This document shows, piece after piece, positions 10,686 to 20,524 of a stretch of 64,000 bases of DNA. The DNA is from Candidatus Latescibacterota bacterium (GTDB taxonomy: Bacteria > Latescibacterota > CBDEFO01). The notes under the pieces are model-generated. The model saw nothing but the letters and a program-made list of their open reading frames with translations, searched no databases and was not told the DNA's origin. The DNA lies in the NCBI GenBank assembly GCA_965237525.1, contig CBDEFO010000003.1, positions 96,001-160,000 of the forward strand, written 5' to 3'. A program made the translations under genes and the position numbers. The stretch's first letter is position 1. Each line of letters starts with the position of its first letter.

Positions 10686-10983
10686 GACCAAAATGTTTTG
10701 CCTTTCCGAATCACAGCTAAGATCTATTTTATCAGGCAAGTTAAAGAGGACACACAACAAGCAGATAAAGCCGTGATCCCCGATTGATTCTATCGGGGAT
10801 GTCTTAAATGACAAAGTGTTTCTTCCCTCCTTTTACATCAACTACTTTGTCCTGGCTGAATGGAACCTAAAAGAAGAACAATTATACATCCATTTTGAAA
10901 AGGAGCAAAAACCAAAGGTTATCAGAAAGCTATCATTCAAGATTAATCAAAGATCCAAAGAGAAGTGTTCTCATTTCATATGA
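10686..10983 (+). pseudogene. Degraded ORF fragment, possibly a transposase/integrase C-terminus, interrupted by a 19-bp palindromic insert
   Basis: KIYFIRQVKEDTQQADKAVI and DVLNDKVFLPSFYINYFVLAEWNLKEEQLYIHFE...* join in frame if 10779-10797 is removed. The family assignment is by recollection only. Confidence 0.35.
10776..10800. repeat. Family-A micro-palindrome
   Basis: atccccgat-tgattct-atcggggat. Confidence 0.85.
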
Positions 10984-11045
10984 CCAATAACCAGTAGATA
11001 CTGCACCTCCTTCTACTTTAGCCGTCCTTGCAGGGCGACGCAGGA

Positions 11046-11079
11046 GCAAGCCCCCCATAGATTCAATCGAGGGCAAGCC
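11046..11079. repeat. Family-A micro-palindrome (reverse orientation) flanked by a 7-bp direct repeat
   Basis: gcaagcc-ccccatagattcaatcgagg-gcaagcc. Confidence 0.75.
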
Positions 11080-11167
11080 ACGAAGTAGGGTAAGCAATCT
11101 GCGTTATACTGCCTCCACCTTTGTGCTGTCCAATGTGTGCTGACTGCTTGTCCTACGACTATAGCTT

Positions 11168-12211
11168 CTATGTTACAGGAAGTTCGACTTCCGCCTCCCT
11201 TAAGTACCTTGCGGCGTCTTCAGGCAGAGTGGGATTGATGTAAAATCCGGTTCCCCACTCAAAGCCTGCTACCTTTGTCAGCCTCGGGATGATCTCAATA
11301 TGCCAGTGGAAATCGAACTCCAGAGTTCCCCAGTAGCCGGGTCTTCTGGGTCCTGCCTCCGTGTTCGGAGCCGTATGCAGCATAAAATTATACGGCGGAT
11401 CTGAAAGACTTACCTTCAATTTGGCTAACACATCCTTCAGACTCTCACATAGTGCCCCTATTTGGTCCTCTTGTATATCCCCAAAATCGTGAGAATGCCG
11501 GGTTGGAGCTAAAAAGACCTCAAAGGGGAACCTGGACGCGTAAGGGGCTATCGCCACAAAGTCGCCGTTTTCGAAGATAAGCCTCTCTCCTGACGAGATC
11601 TCCTGATCTATCACATCGCAGAAGAGACATCTTTCCTTTAACATGTAGTGATTCTTTGCCGAATCGAGCTCTTGAGCAACAATCTTAGGAGTAACTGGAG
11701 TTGCTATCAGTTGAGTGTGAGGGTGAGAAAGCGACGCTCCGGCAACTTCCCCGTAGTTTTTGAATATCAGGATATACCTGAACCTTGGATCCTTCTTGAG
11801 GTCGTTCAATCGGAGCTTGTAAGCTTTCACCACAAGTTCTAGATCCTCTACAGGCATATCTGCCATATTCACAGTGTGGTCAGGCGTCTCGATCACCACC
11901 TCATGTGCACCAACGCCGTTCATAACATCGAATATACCGACGCCCCTTCGGTCCAGATCTCCTTCGATTCTCAAAGCTGCAAACTTATTGGGAACTACCC
12001 TCACCTTCCACCCCGGAGAGTTAGGTTCTGTCCCTTTATCCCTGAAGGCGAATATCTCGGGAGGCGTCTTATCCTCATTTCCACCGCAGAATGGACAGAA
12101 ATCCGGTATCGGTTCCTCGGCGGTTATATTGAAGTCTGAGGGTCTCCTTGCCCTTTCTGTAGATATTATAACCCATCTTCTCTGTATGGGGTCGTGCCTC
12201 AATTCTGGCAT
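11168..12211 (-). CDS. galT: Galactose-1-phosphate uridylyltransferase family (GalT)
   Basis: MPELRHDP start, CPFC, VVPNKF and GASLSHPHTQ (HxH) motifs; WHIEIIPRL...AGFEWGTG. Confidence 0.9.
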   Translation of the reverse strand: MPELRHDPIQRRWVIISTERARRPSDFNITAEEPIPDFCPFCGGNEDKTPPEIFAFRDKGTEPNSPGWKVRVVPNKFAALRIEGDLDRRGVGIFDVMNGVGAHEVVIETPDHTVNMADMPVEDLELVVKAYKLRLNDLKKDPRFRYILIFKNYGEVAGASLSHPHTQLIATPVTPKIVAQELDSAKNHYMLKERCLFCDVIDQEISSGERLIFENGDFVAIAPYASRFPFEVFLAPTRHSHDFGDIQEDQIGALCESLKDVLAKLKVSLSDPPYNFMLHTAPNTEAGPRRPGYWGTLEFDFHWHIEIIPRLTKVAGFEWGTGFYINPTLPEDAARYLREAEVELPVT

Positions 12212-12220
12212 ATTAACACC

Positions 12221-12250
12221 TCTGATCCCCGACCCCTGATTTAATCGAGG
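12221..12250. repeat. Family-A element overlapping the stop codon of the GH57 4-alpha-glucanotransferase
   Basis: tctgatccccgacccctgatttaatcgagg, near-identical to 25740-25769. Confidence 0.75.
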
Positions 12251-14403
12251 ACCAAAACACAAAACTCAAAGTTGCATTCCCATCTATCTTTAGGACCTAT
12301 CCCTATCTTCCAATTGGGAAACACAACGGAGCTTTGATATGTCCTTTCAAAGCCTTTTTCCGATTGCGAAACTGTCTCCACAGGAAAACGCCATACGTCT
12401 GTCTTTCTATCGAATTTTAACGACACAGTCAAATTCCGATCATCGTCGTCTAAATCTATCCTATCTATTCCTTCAACAGCTCCTGTGCTCCCTAAACTGC
12501 AATCCTTTAAGTCCACTTGTAAATTTCGACTACGGATCTCGTAGTGCCTTGCTGGTCCCTCTCCTGATAGAAATGAAAAATTAAACTCCACGCCGAACCA
12601 GAGTTCTACGTCCGCATCCAGAGGGTTTTCAATAACGTAGCGCACATCCACTTGGGCGTTAGATTTAGACATCTTAAGCTTCTTGGACACCGTCAAAGGT
12701 TGTTTCTTTTGTCCGTATATCCCCCCATCTCTTCGCATTGATACCTCTTTGCCACCATTTTGATCCTTAATATCGTACAAATAAGGCTGATTCACAAAAT
12801 CTCCCAACTCCCGGTACTCGCACGCCTTGAATCCTTCAAGTGAGGTCCCTTCTCCCAGGAAATGATCCAGAAAGCACACTCTGTTGTACCAGTCATATTT
12901 GAGATAACGCTCGATTCCCTCCTCCGTCACCTTAGCCAGGTCGTGAATACTGCCAGGCCCTTCATACTGTTTGCCCTCCACTTCTACCTCATACCTGCCC
13001 TCTATGATATCCCTGTGATAGCTTTCAGGCCTCCTTGACAGAGTGTTCACCAGATTGAAATCTCTCGGCTTGTAGTCCAATTCAAAGAGTGACCCGCCGT
13101 AGGAAGGATCAAGATACAGATTCAGCAGGCCGTTGCTCAAGATAATCTCATCTTTTCCGTCCCCGTCAAAATCCAACTCCTCGGACTCAATCCAATCTCC
13201 TGAACCTTTTTCCTCTTCATCGGAGATCCTTTCGGCCCTTATAAGGTGTCTGTAAACGGTGTCCCTTAGATGAGGCAGATAGAGACCTCCGAACACGCCG
13301 TGCCAGTAAGCACAGTTACACTGTCCTTTCCATAGCTCGCTTATAGCTTCTCCCTCCCCTTTTAAATCGACTTTCCTGCTCACAGAGAGCATCTTTTTGT
13401 GCATATTGTTGCTCTCATCATACTTGGCCAGGAACCCCCTCCAGAATCCGCCCTTTAAGAACACCTTATACTTTTCTATCTCTCCTTTGTCCTTCAAATC
13501 CTCCACAATATCCTCAAGCTCCGCTCCCTTTTGAGATGGGAGAGTCCATTGGCTCATCTCAAAATAAGAGGCTGTCGGGAGGTATGCCCTGCCTGAAGCC
13601 GGGTGCTTATCGGTGAAGTCCGAAAAGGTAGTGGTATTAATCCAATCGCTGTTCTCCTCCAGAGCACAGAAGAACTTCTCCAGCCACTTCTCCTTATAGA
13701 CCCAATCGTAAGTCTTGGGCCATAGGCCGAACTTCTCTCCGTCGTCAACGATCACCGATAACCTGTCTCGATTCAGAGAGGTCGGATCGTTCTCAGTGCC
13801 CATGTCTCGTAGATAATCGATTGTAAATTCTGGTAACTTGAACGGAATTCCGTATCTCAGCCTTTCGCTTATCGGAAAGATAGAGAGCACATACCCCTGT
13901 TCTTCAGTATTGAAATATCCGTAGAGTTCCTCTTCGTTGAATCCGGCGCTTTTGAAGTGATAATCGTCGAGGGCTACATACTTTATCCCCGCCTCAGCCA
14001 GCGGCTTGGGTAGGTGAGGCTCCCATACCCTTTCAGGCAGCCACATCCCCCTTGCCTCGTACCCGAATCTATCCTTGATGTAATCTGTCAACATCTCTAT
14101 TTGACCTATCTTATCCCTGTCGGGGATAATAGGCATAATAGGCTCGTAGAATCCCCCGGTCATCATCTCGACCTGTCCTCTATCTACTAACTCTTTCAGC
14201 ATAGCGATAAACTCAGGTCTCTTTTGCTCTATCCATTCCAGAAGACAGCCGGAATAGTGCAGAACCATCTTTATAGAGGGGTGCCTTGAAAGGATCTGGA
14301 TAAAGGGCAGATACGACTTTTTGTAGGCCATTTGAAAGACAGAGTCAAAATTCCCCACTGGTTGATGGCAGTGTATCCCGAATATAAGATTTATCCTCTT
14401 CAT
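12241..14403 (-). CDS. GH57 4-alpha-glucanotransferase / alpha-amylase
   Basis: HCHQPVGN, GMWLPERVW, DDGEKFG and AYWHGVFGGLY motifs; ATG at 14403 overlaps the upstream stop. Confidence 0.92.
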   Translation of the reverse strand: MKRINLIFGIHCHQPVGNFDSVFQMAYKKSYLPFIQILSRHPSIKMVLHYSGCLLEWIEQKRPEFIAMLKELVDRGQVEMMTGGFYEPIMPIIPDRDKIGQIEMLTDYIKDRFGYEARGMWLPERVWEPHLPKPLAEAGIKYVALDDYHFKSAGFNEEELYGYFNTEEQGYVLSIFPISERLRYGIPFKLPEFTIDYLRDMGTENDPTSLNRDRLSVIVDDGEKFGLWPKTYDWVYKEKWLEKFFCALEENSDWINTTTFSDFTDKHPASGRAYLPTASYFEMSQWTLPSQKGAELEDIVEDLKDKGEIEKYKVFLKGGFWRGFLAKYDESNNMHKKMLSVSRKVDLKGEGEAISELWKGQCNCAYWHGVFGGLYLPHLRDTVYRHLIRAERISDEEEKGSGDWIESEELDFDGDGKDEIILSNGLLNLYLDPSYGGSLFELDYKPRDFNLVNTLSRRPESYHRDIIEGRYEVEVEGKQYEGPGSIHDLAKVTEEGIERYLKYDWYNRVCFLDHFLGEGTSLEGFKACEYRELGDFVNQPYLYDIKDQNGGKEVSMRRDGGIYGQKKQPLTVSKKLKMSKSNAQVDVRYVIENPLDADVELWFGVEFNFSFLSGEGPARHYEIRSRNLQVDLKDCSLGSTGAVEGIDRIDLDDDDRNLTVSLKFDRKTDVWRFPVETVSQSEKGFERTYQSSVVFPNWKIGIGPKDRWECNFEFCVLVLD

Positions 14404-15105
14404 ACGTACCACATCCTCTCCAGAAAATCCTTCCCGGGGACCTCTACTGTCATGGCTCCGTGCAGAGGCCACACCTCCATCTGTGAACCACCCTTCACAA
14501 CGTATATCCTTACCCCAACGCTCTCTCCCTTCGACGCTCCCAGGGTGTCAAACGGCACTTTTACCTCGAACACCTTATCTACTCCTACTTCGATATCTGG
14601 GAAGTTCTTATTGTTGTTCTCAAGGGACATATCGAGTCCCAATCTATCTTTTCCCACAACCTCTATCGCGACAGAGATGCCTTCATCTCTCATCTGGTCG
14701 GGACTTATTGTCGTATCCGCTCTCAGATAGAGATTCTCTAGATCGAAGCCGTAATGCACGTTCTTTAAGATCGTTCCTCCTCGATGCGTCGAACCCCTTT
14801 CGCCACCCATGCTGTGGCATCCTGCGCTCAACCACTCATAGTACCCTGTCACCTTTCCATCTATAACGGGGCATATGAAATCCACAGGCTCCTTGAAAGG
14901 CAGTCGCTTCTCCACCTTTGTAAGAGGAACATCCAGATATCCCGGCGGTTCTTTGCCTATCAACTGGTAGAAATTCTTCAGATGACCTCTGAAGAGACTG
15001 TCGAACTGCTCATCGTGTGATGACGAATGATCTGCCCCGTACCACCAGAACCAGTCGCTTCCCTGGGCCATATAGATCTCATCTTGCGCTCTTCTTACTG
15101 CAGGA

Positions 15106-15134
15106 GATCCCACCCGATTTAATCGGGAGGGATC
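15106..15134. repeat. Family-A palindrome in frame inside the GH57 CDS
   Basis: gatcccacccgatttaatcgggagggatc; encodes DPSRLNRVGS on the minus strand. Confidence 0.8.
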
Positions 15135-15564
15135 CTCTTTTAGACTGTCCAGTTCATCACCAGCCATCTTTAGATACTCCCAGCCCCTATTCTCCTCTTC
15201 GTCGCCTATCCAGGTCCCGAAATTGGCGTCTATCCACGAACCCGGAAAGATCCTCTTCAAACGCGTCCCTTCAGGGTGCATCTTTAGAAAAGAATTAAAA
15301 GTTATAGTCTTTAATCCTTTGGTGTTACTCAACTTCTTGTACAGCGCCCTTAGAAACTCGGCTCCATTTTCCCTGTAATTCTCCCAGGCGTTCTCACCAT
15401 CCAATATTATCGAAACTATGTGCGCTCCACTGTCTGCCTCAATGCCGTCTCTTATATTCAAAAGGCGCCCCACGAAGTCCTCCGCCGCTTTTTTGGCATC
15501 CCATGTTTGATACACAAACCCTATAAGGTCGGACAATCTGTGGTCTCTGAAGAAGAGCTTTATG

Positions 15565-15606
15565 TCCCCGATTGAACCCCCCCCCGATTAAATCGGGGGG
15601 GGGGGA
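15565..15606. repeat. Nested family-A palindromes with homopolymer arms
   Basis: tccccgattgaa-C9-gattaaatc-G11-a. Confidence 0.85.
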
Positions 15607-16594
15607 TTTGTCTCCATCTCCGAAGCTGTACATCCGAAAGGGCGTTCCACTTTTTCCGCTTAGCTTGAGAGACTCCCTCAAAACTCCGTCGTCGCTTGCC
15701 ATCCAATCTATCCCCAAACCGGCGGCGATATTCCCAACTTCCTGGCTTATCGAACCTTCAGATGGCCACATTCCAGAAGGAGTTTTTCCAAGAATCCTAT
15801 TGTGAAACTCTAAAGCTTCCACAATCTGAGCCCTGGCATCCCCTGGCCTTTTTAACTTCAAGCGGGGGAGATTAGCTTGCGGAAGACCCTCCCTTGCTGA
15901 ATCAGTATCGCACAAAAGCGGCAATATGGGATGATGAAAGGGACTAGTAGATATTTCGATCCTTTCTTCATCCCACAATCTTCTGTAAATCTGGGTTATC
16001 TTGCCTATAATCTCTCTTTCCAACTCAAGGAGGACCCTCTTATTGTCCTCAGAATAGCCCCTTCCCTTCCTCAAAAGTTCCACTATCTGATCTTTCTCTT
16101 TCAGACTATTCCCGCACCACGCCAGATTGAAGCAGACCTGAAGGTCCAGAAAATCCTCCTTCTTAAACCTCTGTACTGCCCTTTCCAGATTATCCCCGTC
16201 TCTACGTCTCATCGCGTAGAGTTCATAATATCTCTTAAAGGGTTTTATCATATTTTCAAAATTTGCGTGGAAGAAATTTTCCAAGATAAAGACCTTATCA
16301 TCCAAAGAGAGTTCTTCGGCTTCCTTTTTCGTCAGCTCCCAGAATTTATCGCTGGCCTTTCCCTCAGCGTAATCCTTCAACTGGACTAAAAGCGATGGGA
16401 CCAAATTAAACGTCACCCTCACCTCCTCGCATTCATCCACGATAGCTGCCATATCGTAATAATCCTTAATACCGTGCAGATACACCCATGGCAGAATGTA
16501 CTCCCCTGAGGAAAGGTCCTTATAAAATGGCTGGTGCATGTGCCACAAAAACGCCACATAGAGCGGATGCCCCGATTTTGTCGAAGCATCCACG

Positions 16595-17827
16595 CTATTT
16601 CCCCCTCCTGACTTCCACCTTCAAAACCCTCCTGTCGGTCGCATCCACAACCCTGAACCATACGCCCTCTTGTGACATAATCTCCCCTACCTTGGGTAGC
16701 CTTCCGAAAAACGAGATGAGCATTCCGCCTATCGTCTCGTAATCCTCCTTTTCAATCTTCAAGCCAAGTTTTTCGTTCAATTCATCTATCTCCATCCTAC
16801 CTTCTACGACTACTGCATCCCTTGTGAGCTCAATTCCACTTGATCTATCGTATTCATCCTCTATTTCTCCCACGACTTCCTCTACAATATCTTCCAAGGT
16901 TACTATCCCGGAGATTCCCCCATACTCATCCACGACCGTGCCCACATGCTTCCCGTTGGCCCTGAGATCGGCCAGTACTTCCTCGGCGCTTTTCGTCTCA
17001 GGCACGATATAGACATCGTCCATGACCTCTTCAACAGGGGCATTTTCGTCCAACCCAATTAGATCGACGGCGTGAACCATGCCCACCACATTATCCACTC
17101 TGTCTCTATAGACCGGAATCCTCGAATGTCCTGTCTGGATCATCAGTTTTGCAGTATGACCAACATTTTCAGACACAGACACAGCCACAATATCTATCAG
17201 GGGGACCATAATCTCCCTAGTTCTGAGCTCCCCAAAGTGGAATATATGGTGGATCATTCTTCTTTCATCTCTGTGCAGAGCTCCGTGCCTTTCACCCTCC
17301 CTTACGAGTATCTGAATCTCATCTCTGGTGACAAAGGGGCTTTCATTTTTGACATCGCCGCCAACTATCTTGGCAATAAGATTTGAAATAGAAGTAACAA
17401 TCGCCACAATGGGGAGCATCGCAAAATACGACACCTTCAGAGGAAAGATTGTTACGAGGACCAACCTGTCGGCATACTGCCTTGCCAGGGACATCGGCAC
17501 TATCTCGCCGAAGATAAGGATCAGAGGCCACATAATCGCCGCAGAGACTATAGCCACAAGGTCCTTGCTCACCCATTCGACCGCCAGGCTCGCAGCGACT
17601 GCAGACCCTGCGACAATAGGCAAGTTCACTCCCACCATCGTAGCTGCCAAGAATTTCTGTGGCTCATCCAAAAAATCCACGGCAACCTTTGCCAGCTTGT
17701 TACCGCTTTCGGACAGATGGCGCAATTTTAGCCTGTTGCAGGAGAGCATAACCATTTCAACTCCGCTAAAAAACGCCTGTGCTCCCAGGCACATAAGGAT
17801 GATGATTATTCCTGTAAGTTCACTCAA
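16595..17827 (-). CDS. CNNM/hemolysin-family protein (DUF21-CBS-CorC)
   Basis: AFFSGVE, FGEIVP, HSRIPVY and VDEYGG...TLEDIVEEVVGEI motifs; TTG start after AAGGAG. The longer ORF start at 17932 runs through a repeat. Confidence 0.88.
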   Translation of the reverse strand: MSELTGIIIILMCLGAQAFFSGVEMVMLSCNRLKLRHLSESGNKLAKVAVDFLDEPQKFLAATMVGVNLPIVAGSAVAASLAVEWVSKDLVAIVSAAIMWPLILIFGEIVPMSLARQYADRLVLVTIFPLKVSYFAMLPIVAIVTSISNLIAKIVGGDVKNESPFVTRDEIQILVREGERHGALHRDERRMIHHIFHFGELRTREIMVPLIDIVAVSVSENVGHTAKLMIQTGHSRIPVYRDRVDNVVGMVHAVDLIGLDENAPVEEVMDDVYIVPETKSAEEVLADLRANGKHVGTVVDEYGGISGIVTLEDIVEEVVGEIEDEYDRSSGIELTRDAVVVEGRMEIDELNEKLGLKIEKEDYETIGGMLISFFGRLPKVGEIMSQEGVWFRVVDATDRRVLKVEVRRGK

Positions 17828-17883
17828 AGTATCCGGCGCTCTCCTTTTTAACAAGTAAGTGGACAGGCGTGCCCCCGCCGCTA

Positions 17884-17965
17884 AGATTGCTTGGGTCTTA
17901 GGTCCCCTCGCAATGACCCAAGTGAAAGCCAAACGATGTCATTGCGAGCAACAGCTAAGCTATTT
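17884..17965. repeat. Family-B repeat (agattgc...ctcgcaatgac / gtcattgcgag...)
   Basis: 11-bp perfect inverted repeat at 17907-17917 and 17938-17948; related copies at about 24301-24364, 27477-27558, 57094-57243 and 11021-11100. Confidence 0.75.
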
Positions 17966-18006
17966 CTTAAACAGGACATCACCATCCCTGCGTACTGTCT
18001 ACTTGT

Positions 18007-19281
18007 TCAATCTGTGTCCTCTGAAGAAAGTTCCCCCTGATCTTTTAGCTTTCTGACTTCAACCACATGTATCCTGTTTGCCTCTGCCTCTGTAACCACA
18101 AACTCCATATTATCGTGCACTAACTTATACCCTACATCAGGTATCTTTCCCAGGCGACCAATTATAAATCCTCCAATTGTCTTATGAGCCTCGTCCTGAA
18201 GATTCGTTCCAAATACCTCGTTGAAGGCGTCAAGCTCTATTTGGCCGGCTACCCTCACGGTCATCGAATCAATCCTTTCAAACAAAGTATCCGTTTCCTC
18301 TTTATCAGCTACCTTGCCGAATATTTCCTCCAAAAGGTCCTCCATAGTGACTAAACCCGACACAGAGCCGTACTCATCCACCGCCAAGGCGATGTGGATT
18401 CTATCCCGCCTGAATTCCCTCAGAATCTCTCCTGCCCGCTTTTGCTCAGGCACGAACGACACAGAGCGCAGTCTCCTGCTCATATCAAAGTCATCTTTGC
18501 CCTTAGCTCCTAAAAGATCCTTAGCGTACAGGATCCCGACCACATTGTCAAAATCACCCTTGTAGACCGGTATCCTGGAATATCTTTTCTCCCTTATCGA
18601 ACTTATAACTTCATCTATAGGGGAGTCTATATCCAGCGTGAACATCTGAGCCTTGGGACTCATCACGTCCGCGGCCCTTTTTTTTCCCAGGTCTATCACC
18701 CGTTGCATCATCTCTTTTTCCTTTAGATCGAGCACACCTTCCTGCCCTCCCGCCTCAAGAGCAACCTTCAATTCCTCCTCCGTAATTCCCGATTCAGGGG
18801 GAGGTTCCCCCATGCTTGCCAGCCAGATTATAAGGTCCACAATCGCTCTTACCAATCTCCTCACCGGAAATATGACTTTCGACACTGTGCTTATGATGGG
18901 TGCCACTATAAAAGAAATTCGCTCGGCATTATGAATTGCTATTGTCTTGGGGGCGATCTCGCCGAACACTAATATCAAAAAGCCCATAACGACGATAGAT
19001 ATTTCCAGCCCCATCTCGCCTAAAACCCGCTCAGCTATACGCTCGGCTATAGTTGCAGAATAGATATTTACAAACATGTTCACCGACAAGATAGAGATCA
19101 AGAGTCTCCGTGGGTTCTTTAAAAGTTCCACTATGAGCTTACCCTTCTTATCCTCCTCCTGTTCGAACCTTTCCAATCTCACCTGGCTCAAAGAGAAAAG
19201 CGCTGTCTCAGAACATGAGAAGAACGCTGACAAAAAAAGCAGGATTACCAACATCAATAATGGAAGCCATAGATATTCCAT
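18007..19281 (-). CDS. CNNM/hemolysin-family protein (DUF21-CBS-CorC)
   Basis: SAFFSCSETA, FGEIAPK, YSRIPVY and VDEYGSVSGLVTMED motifs. Confidence 0.9.
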   Translation of the reverse strand: MEYLWLPLLMLVILLFLSAFFSCSETALFSLSQVRLERFEQEEDKKGKLIVELLKNPRRLLISILSVNMFVNIYSATIAERIAERVLGEMGLEISIVVMGFLILVFGEIAPKTIAIHNAERISFIVAPIISTVSKVIFPVRRLVRAIVDLIIWLASMGEPPPESGITEEELKVALEAGGQEGVLDLKEKEMMQRVIDLGKKRAADVMSPKAQMFTLDIDSPIDEVISSIREKRYSRIPVYKGDFDNVVGILYAKDLLGAKGKDDFDMSRRLRSVSFVPEQKRAGEILREFRRDRIHIALAVDEYGSVSGLVTMEDLLEEIFGKVADKEETDTLFERIDSMTVRVAGQIELDAFNEVFGTNLQDEAHKTIGGFIIGRLGKIPDVGYKLVHDNMEFVVTEAEANRIHVVEVRKLKDQGELSSEDTD

Positions 19282-19381
19282 CTTCGGAACCTATGATAAA
19301 AAAAGGCGTTAAAAGGCCGACGGACTCTGTCAAAGATTATATCGACTCTTCAAACACCTCCACCAACAAGAGTTCAGCCCT

Positions 19382-20497
19382 TTAGAAAAATACGTGAAGT
19401 TCAAAGGTTAACCGATCTTCACTTTCCCGGGGTCTCTGAGGGACACTATCGTTGATGTGGTAAAACACGCTCAACTGAAGAAACTGGGTTATGAAGGGTT
19501 CCAAGCCAATAGTTACCCTTTCGCTTTCGTCCTCATCAACTTGGGGATCGGCATCGAAAAATCGGTCCCAGAAATCGTAAGTCACCTTGAGGTTGATACC
19601 CTTTGTAATCAAAAAGTCAAGTTCCCCCAAAAAGGCAAGTTCCTTTCCAAAACGGTCGTCCCTGTCACTATCTATAAAGTCTAACTCGCTTAAAAGAGTC
19701 AATCTTCCGAAATTTGCTCCTGCAAAGTGTCCATATACCTTCCTGGTCGTTCCGGGAAACTTGTTCCTTGAAAACGATCCTCCGAACCTGAAATGTCTGA
19801 AAACAACATAACCTATCAAGGACACCTGCTTACTCCTGTTGTCATCAGATAATCCCCGTCCGGACCCGTTGCTTAGAGCTACGCTAAAAGAAAAAGGCCC
19901 GGGCTCTATGCCGCCTTCTATACCGAAGTCTTGTATATTGTAGTTAAACCCCGTCTTCTCCCTTATAAATGCAGCATTGTCCAGGAGTCTTAATCCGAAC
20001 GGGAGCAGCATCCTTCCCGCCTTGAAATAGCCCCTCAAGGGCAGATTGTATAAGATCCCGTATGCCTCCCTGTTGCTTGCCCCAGACGGACCTAAGTTCT
20101 CATCAACATACAAAGTTAGCAAATCCTTTATGAGCTCCATCTCCACATAAGCGTTCGCGGTTCTGATCTCTATGCTGTTATCGTTTTCTCTATCCACTCC
20201 GAATATCGTCTGGTTATTAACCCTCAAATCCGCGCCTAGAGATATATAATCGTTTAGCCTGTTGTCAAAAAGGGCTTCGTTAGAACGTTTGACGAATCTG
20301 TGGGGGAGACGCGTGTAGCTGTACATCAGGCCGAAATCGGTCCTTTTTCCTCCTCCCGTCGGATTCACATGGCACTGGCTGCACTTGTATCCCGTCCTCG
20401 CTGCCAGATAAGGCTCAGCGCGGCAGAACTTTGGAAGAACTACAGCTCCTGAAACTAGTATCCAGATCAGACACACAGCCTTTAACTTTTTTTTCAC
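19382..20497 (-). CDS. Outer-membrane beta-barrel (porin-like) protein with an N-terminal c-type heme motif
   Basis: Signal peptide, then EPYLAARTGYKCSQCHVNPTGGG (CxxCH); amphipathic beta-strands; C-terminal Phe (ELHVFF). Confidence 0.75.
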   Translation of the reverse strand: MKKKLKAVCLIWILVSGAVVLPKFCRAEPYLAARTGYKCSQCHVNPTGGGKRTDFGLMYSYTRLPHRFVKRSNEALFDNRLNDYISLGADLRVNNQTIFGVDRENDNSIEIRTANAYVEMELIKDLLTLYVDENLGPSGASNREAYGILYNLPLRGYFKAGRMLLPFGLRLLDNAAFIREKTGFNYNIQDFGIEGGIEPGPFSFSVALSNGSGRGLSDDNRSKQVSLIGYVVFRHFRFGGSFSRNKFPGTTRKVYGHFAGANFGRLTLLSELDFIDSDRDDRFGKELAFLGELDFLITKGINLKVTYDFWDRFFDADPQVDEDESERVTIGLEPFITQFLQLSVFYHINDSVPQRPRESEDRLTFELHVFF

Positions 20498-20524
20498 CTT
20501 CCCGCCTGTGACTCGTAGAAGAGT

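Larger units (their letters stand above)
14400..16593 (-). pseudogene. GH57 amylopullulanase-type glycoside hydrolase, split by a frameshift at about 15566-15606
   Basis: The N-terminal half (LWHMHQP, HPILPLL, GMWPSEG) and C-terminal half (IKLFFRDHRLSDLIGF, ILDGENAWE, GSWI, GSDWFWWYG) are in different frames, joined across a nested palindrome with C9 and G11 runs. Confidence 0.85.

Noticed and set aside
10478..10720. 80-aa ORF
   Set aside because: It spans a REP-like palindrome and has no recognisable protein features.
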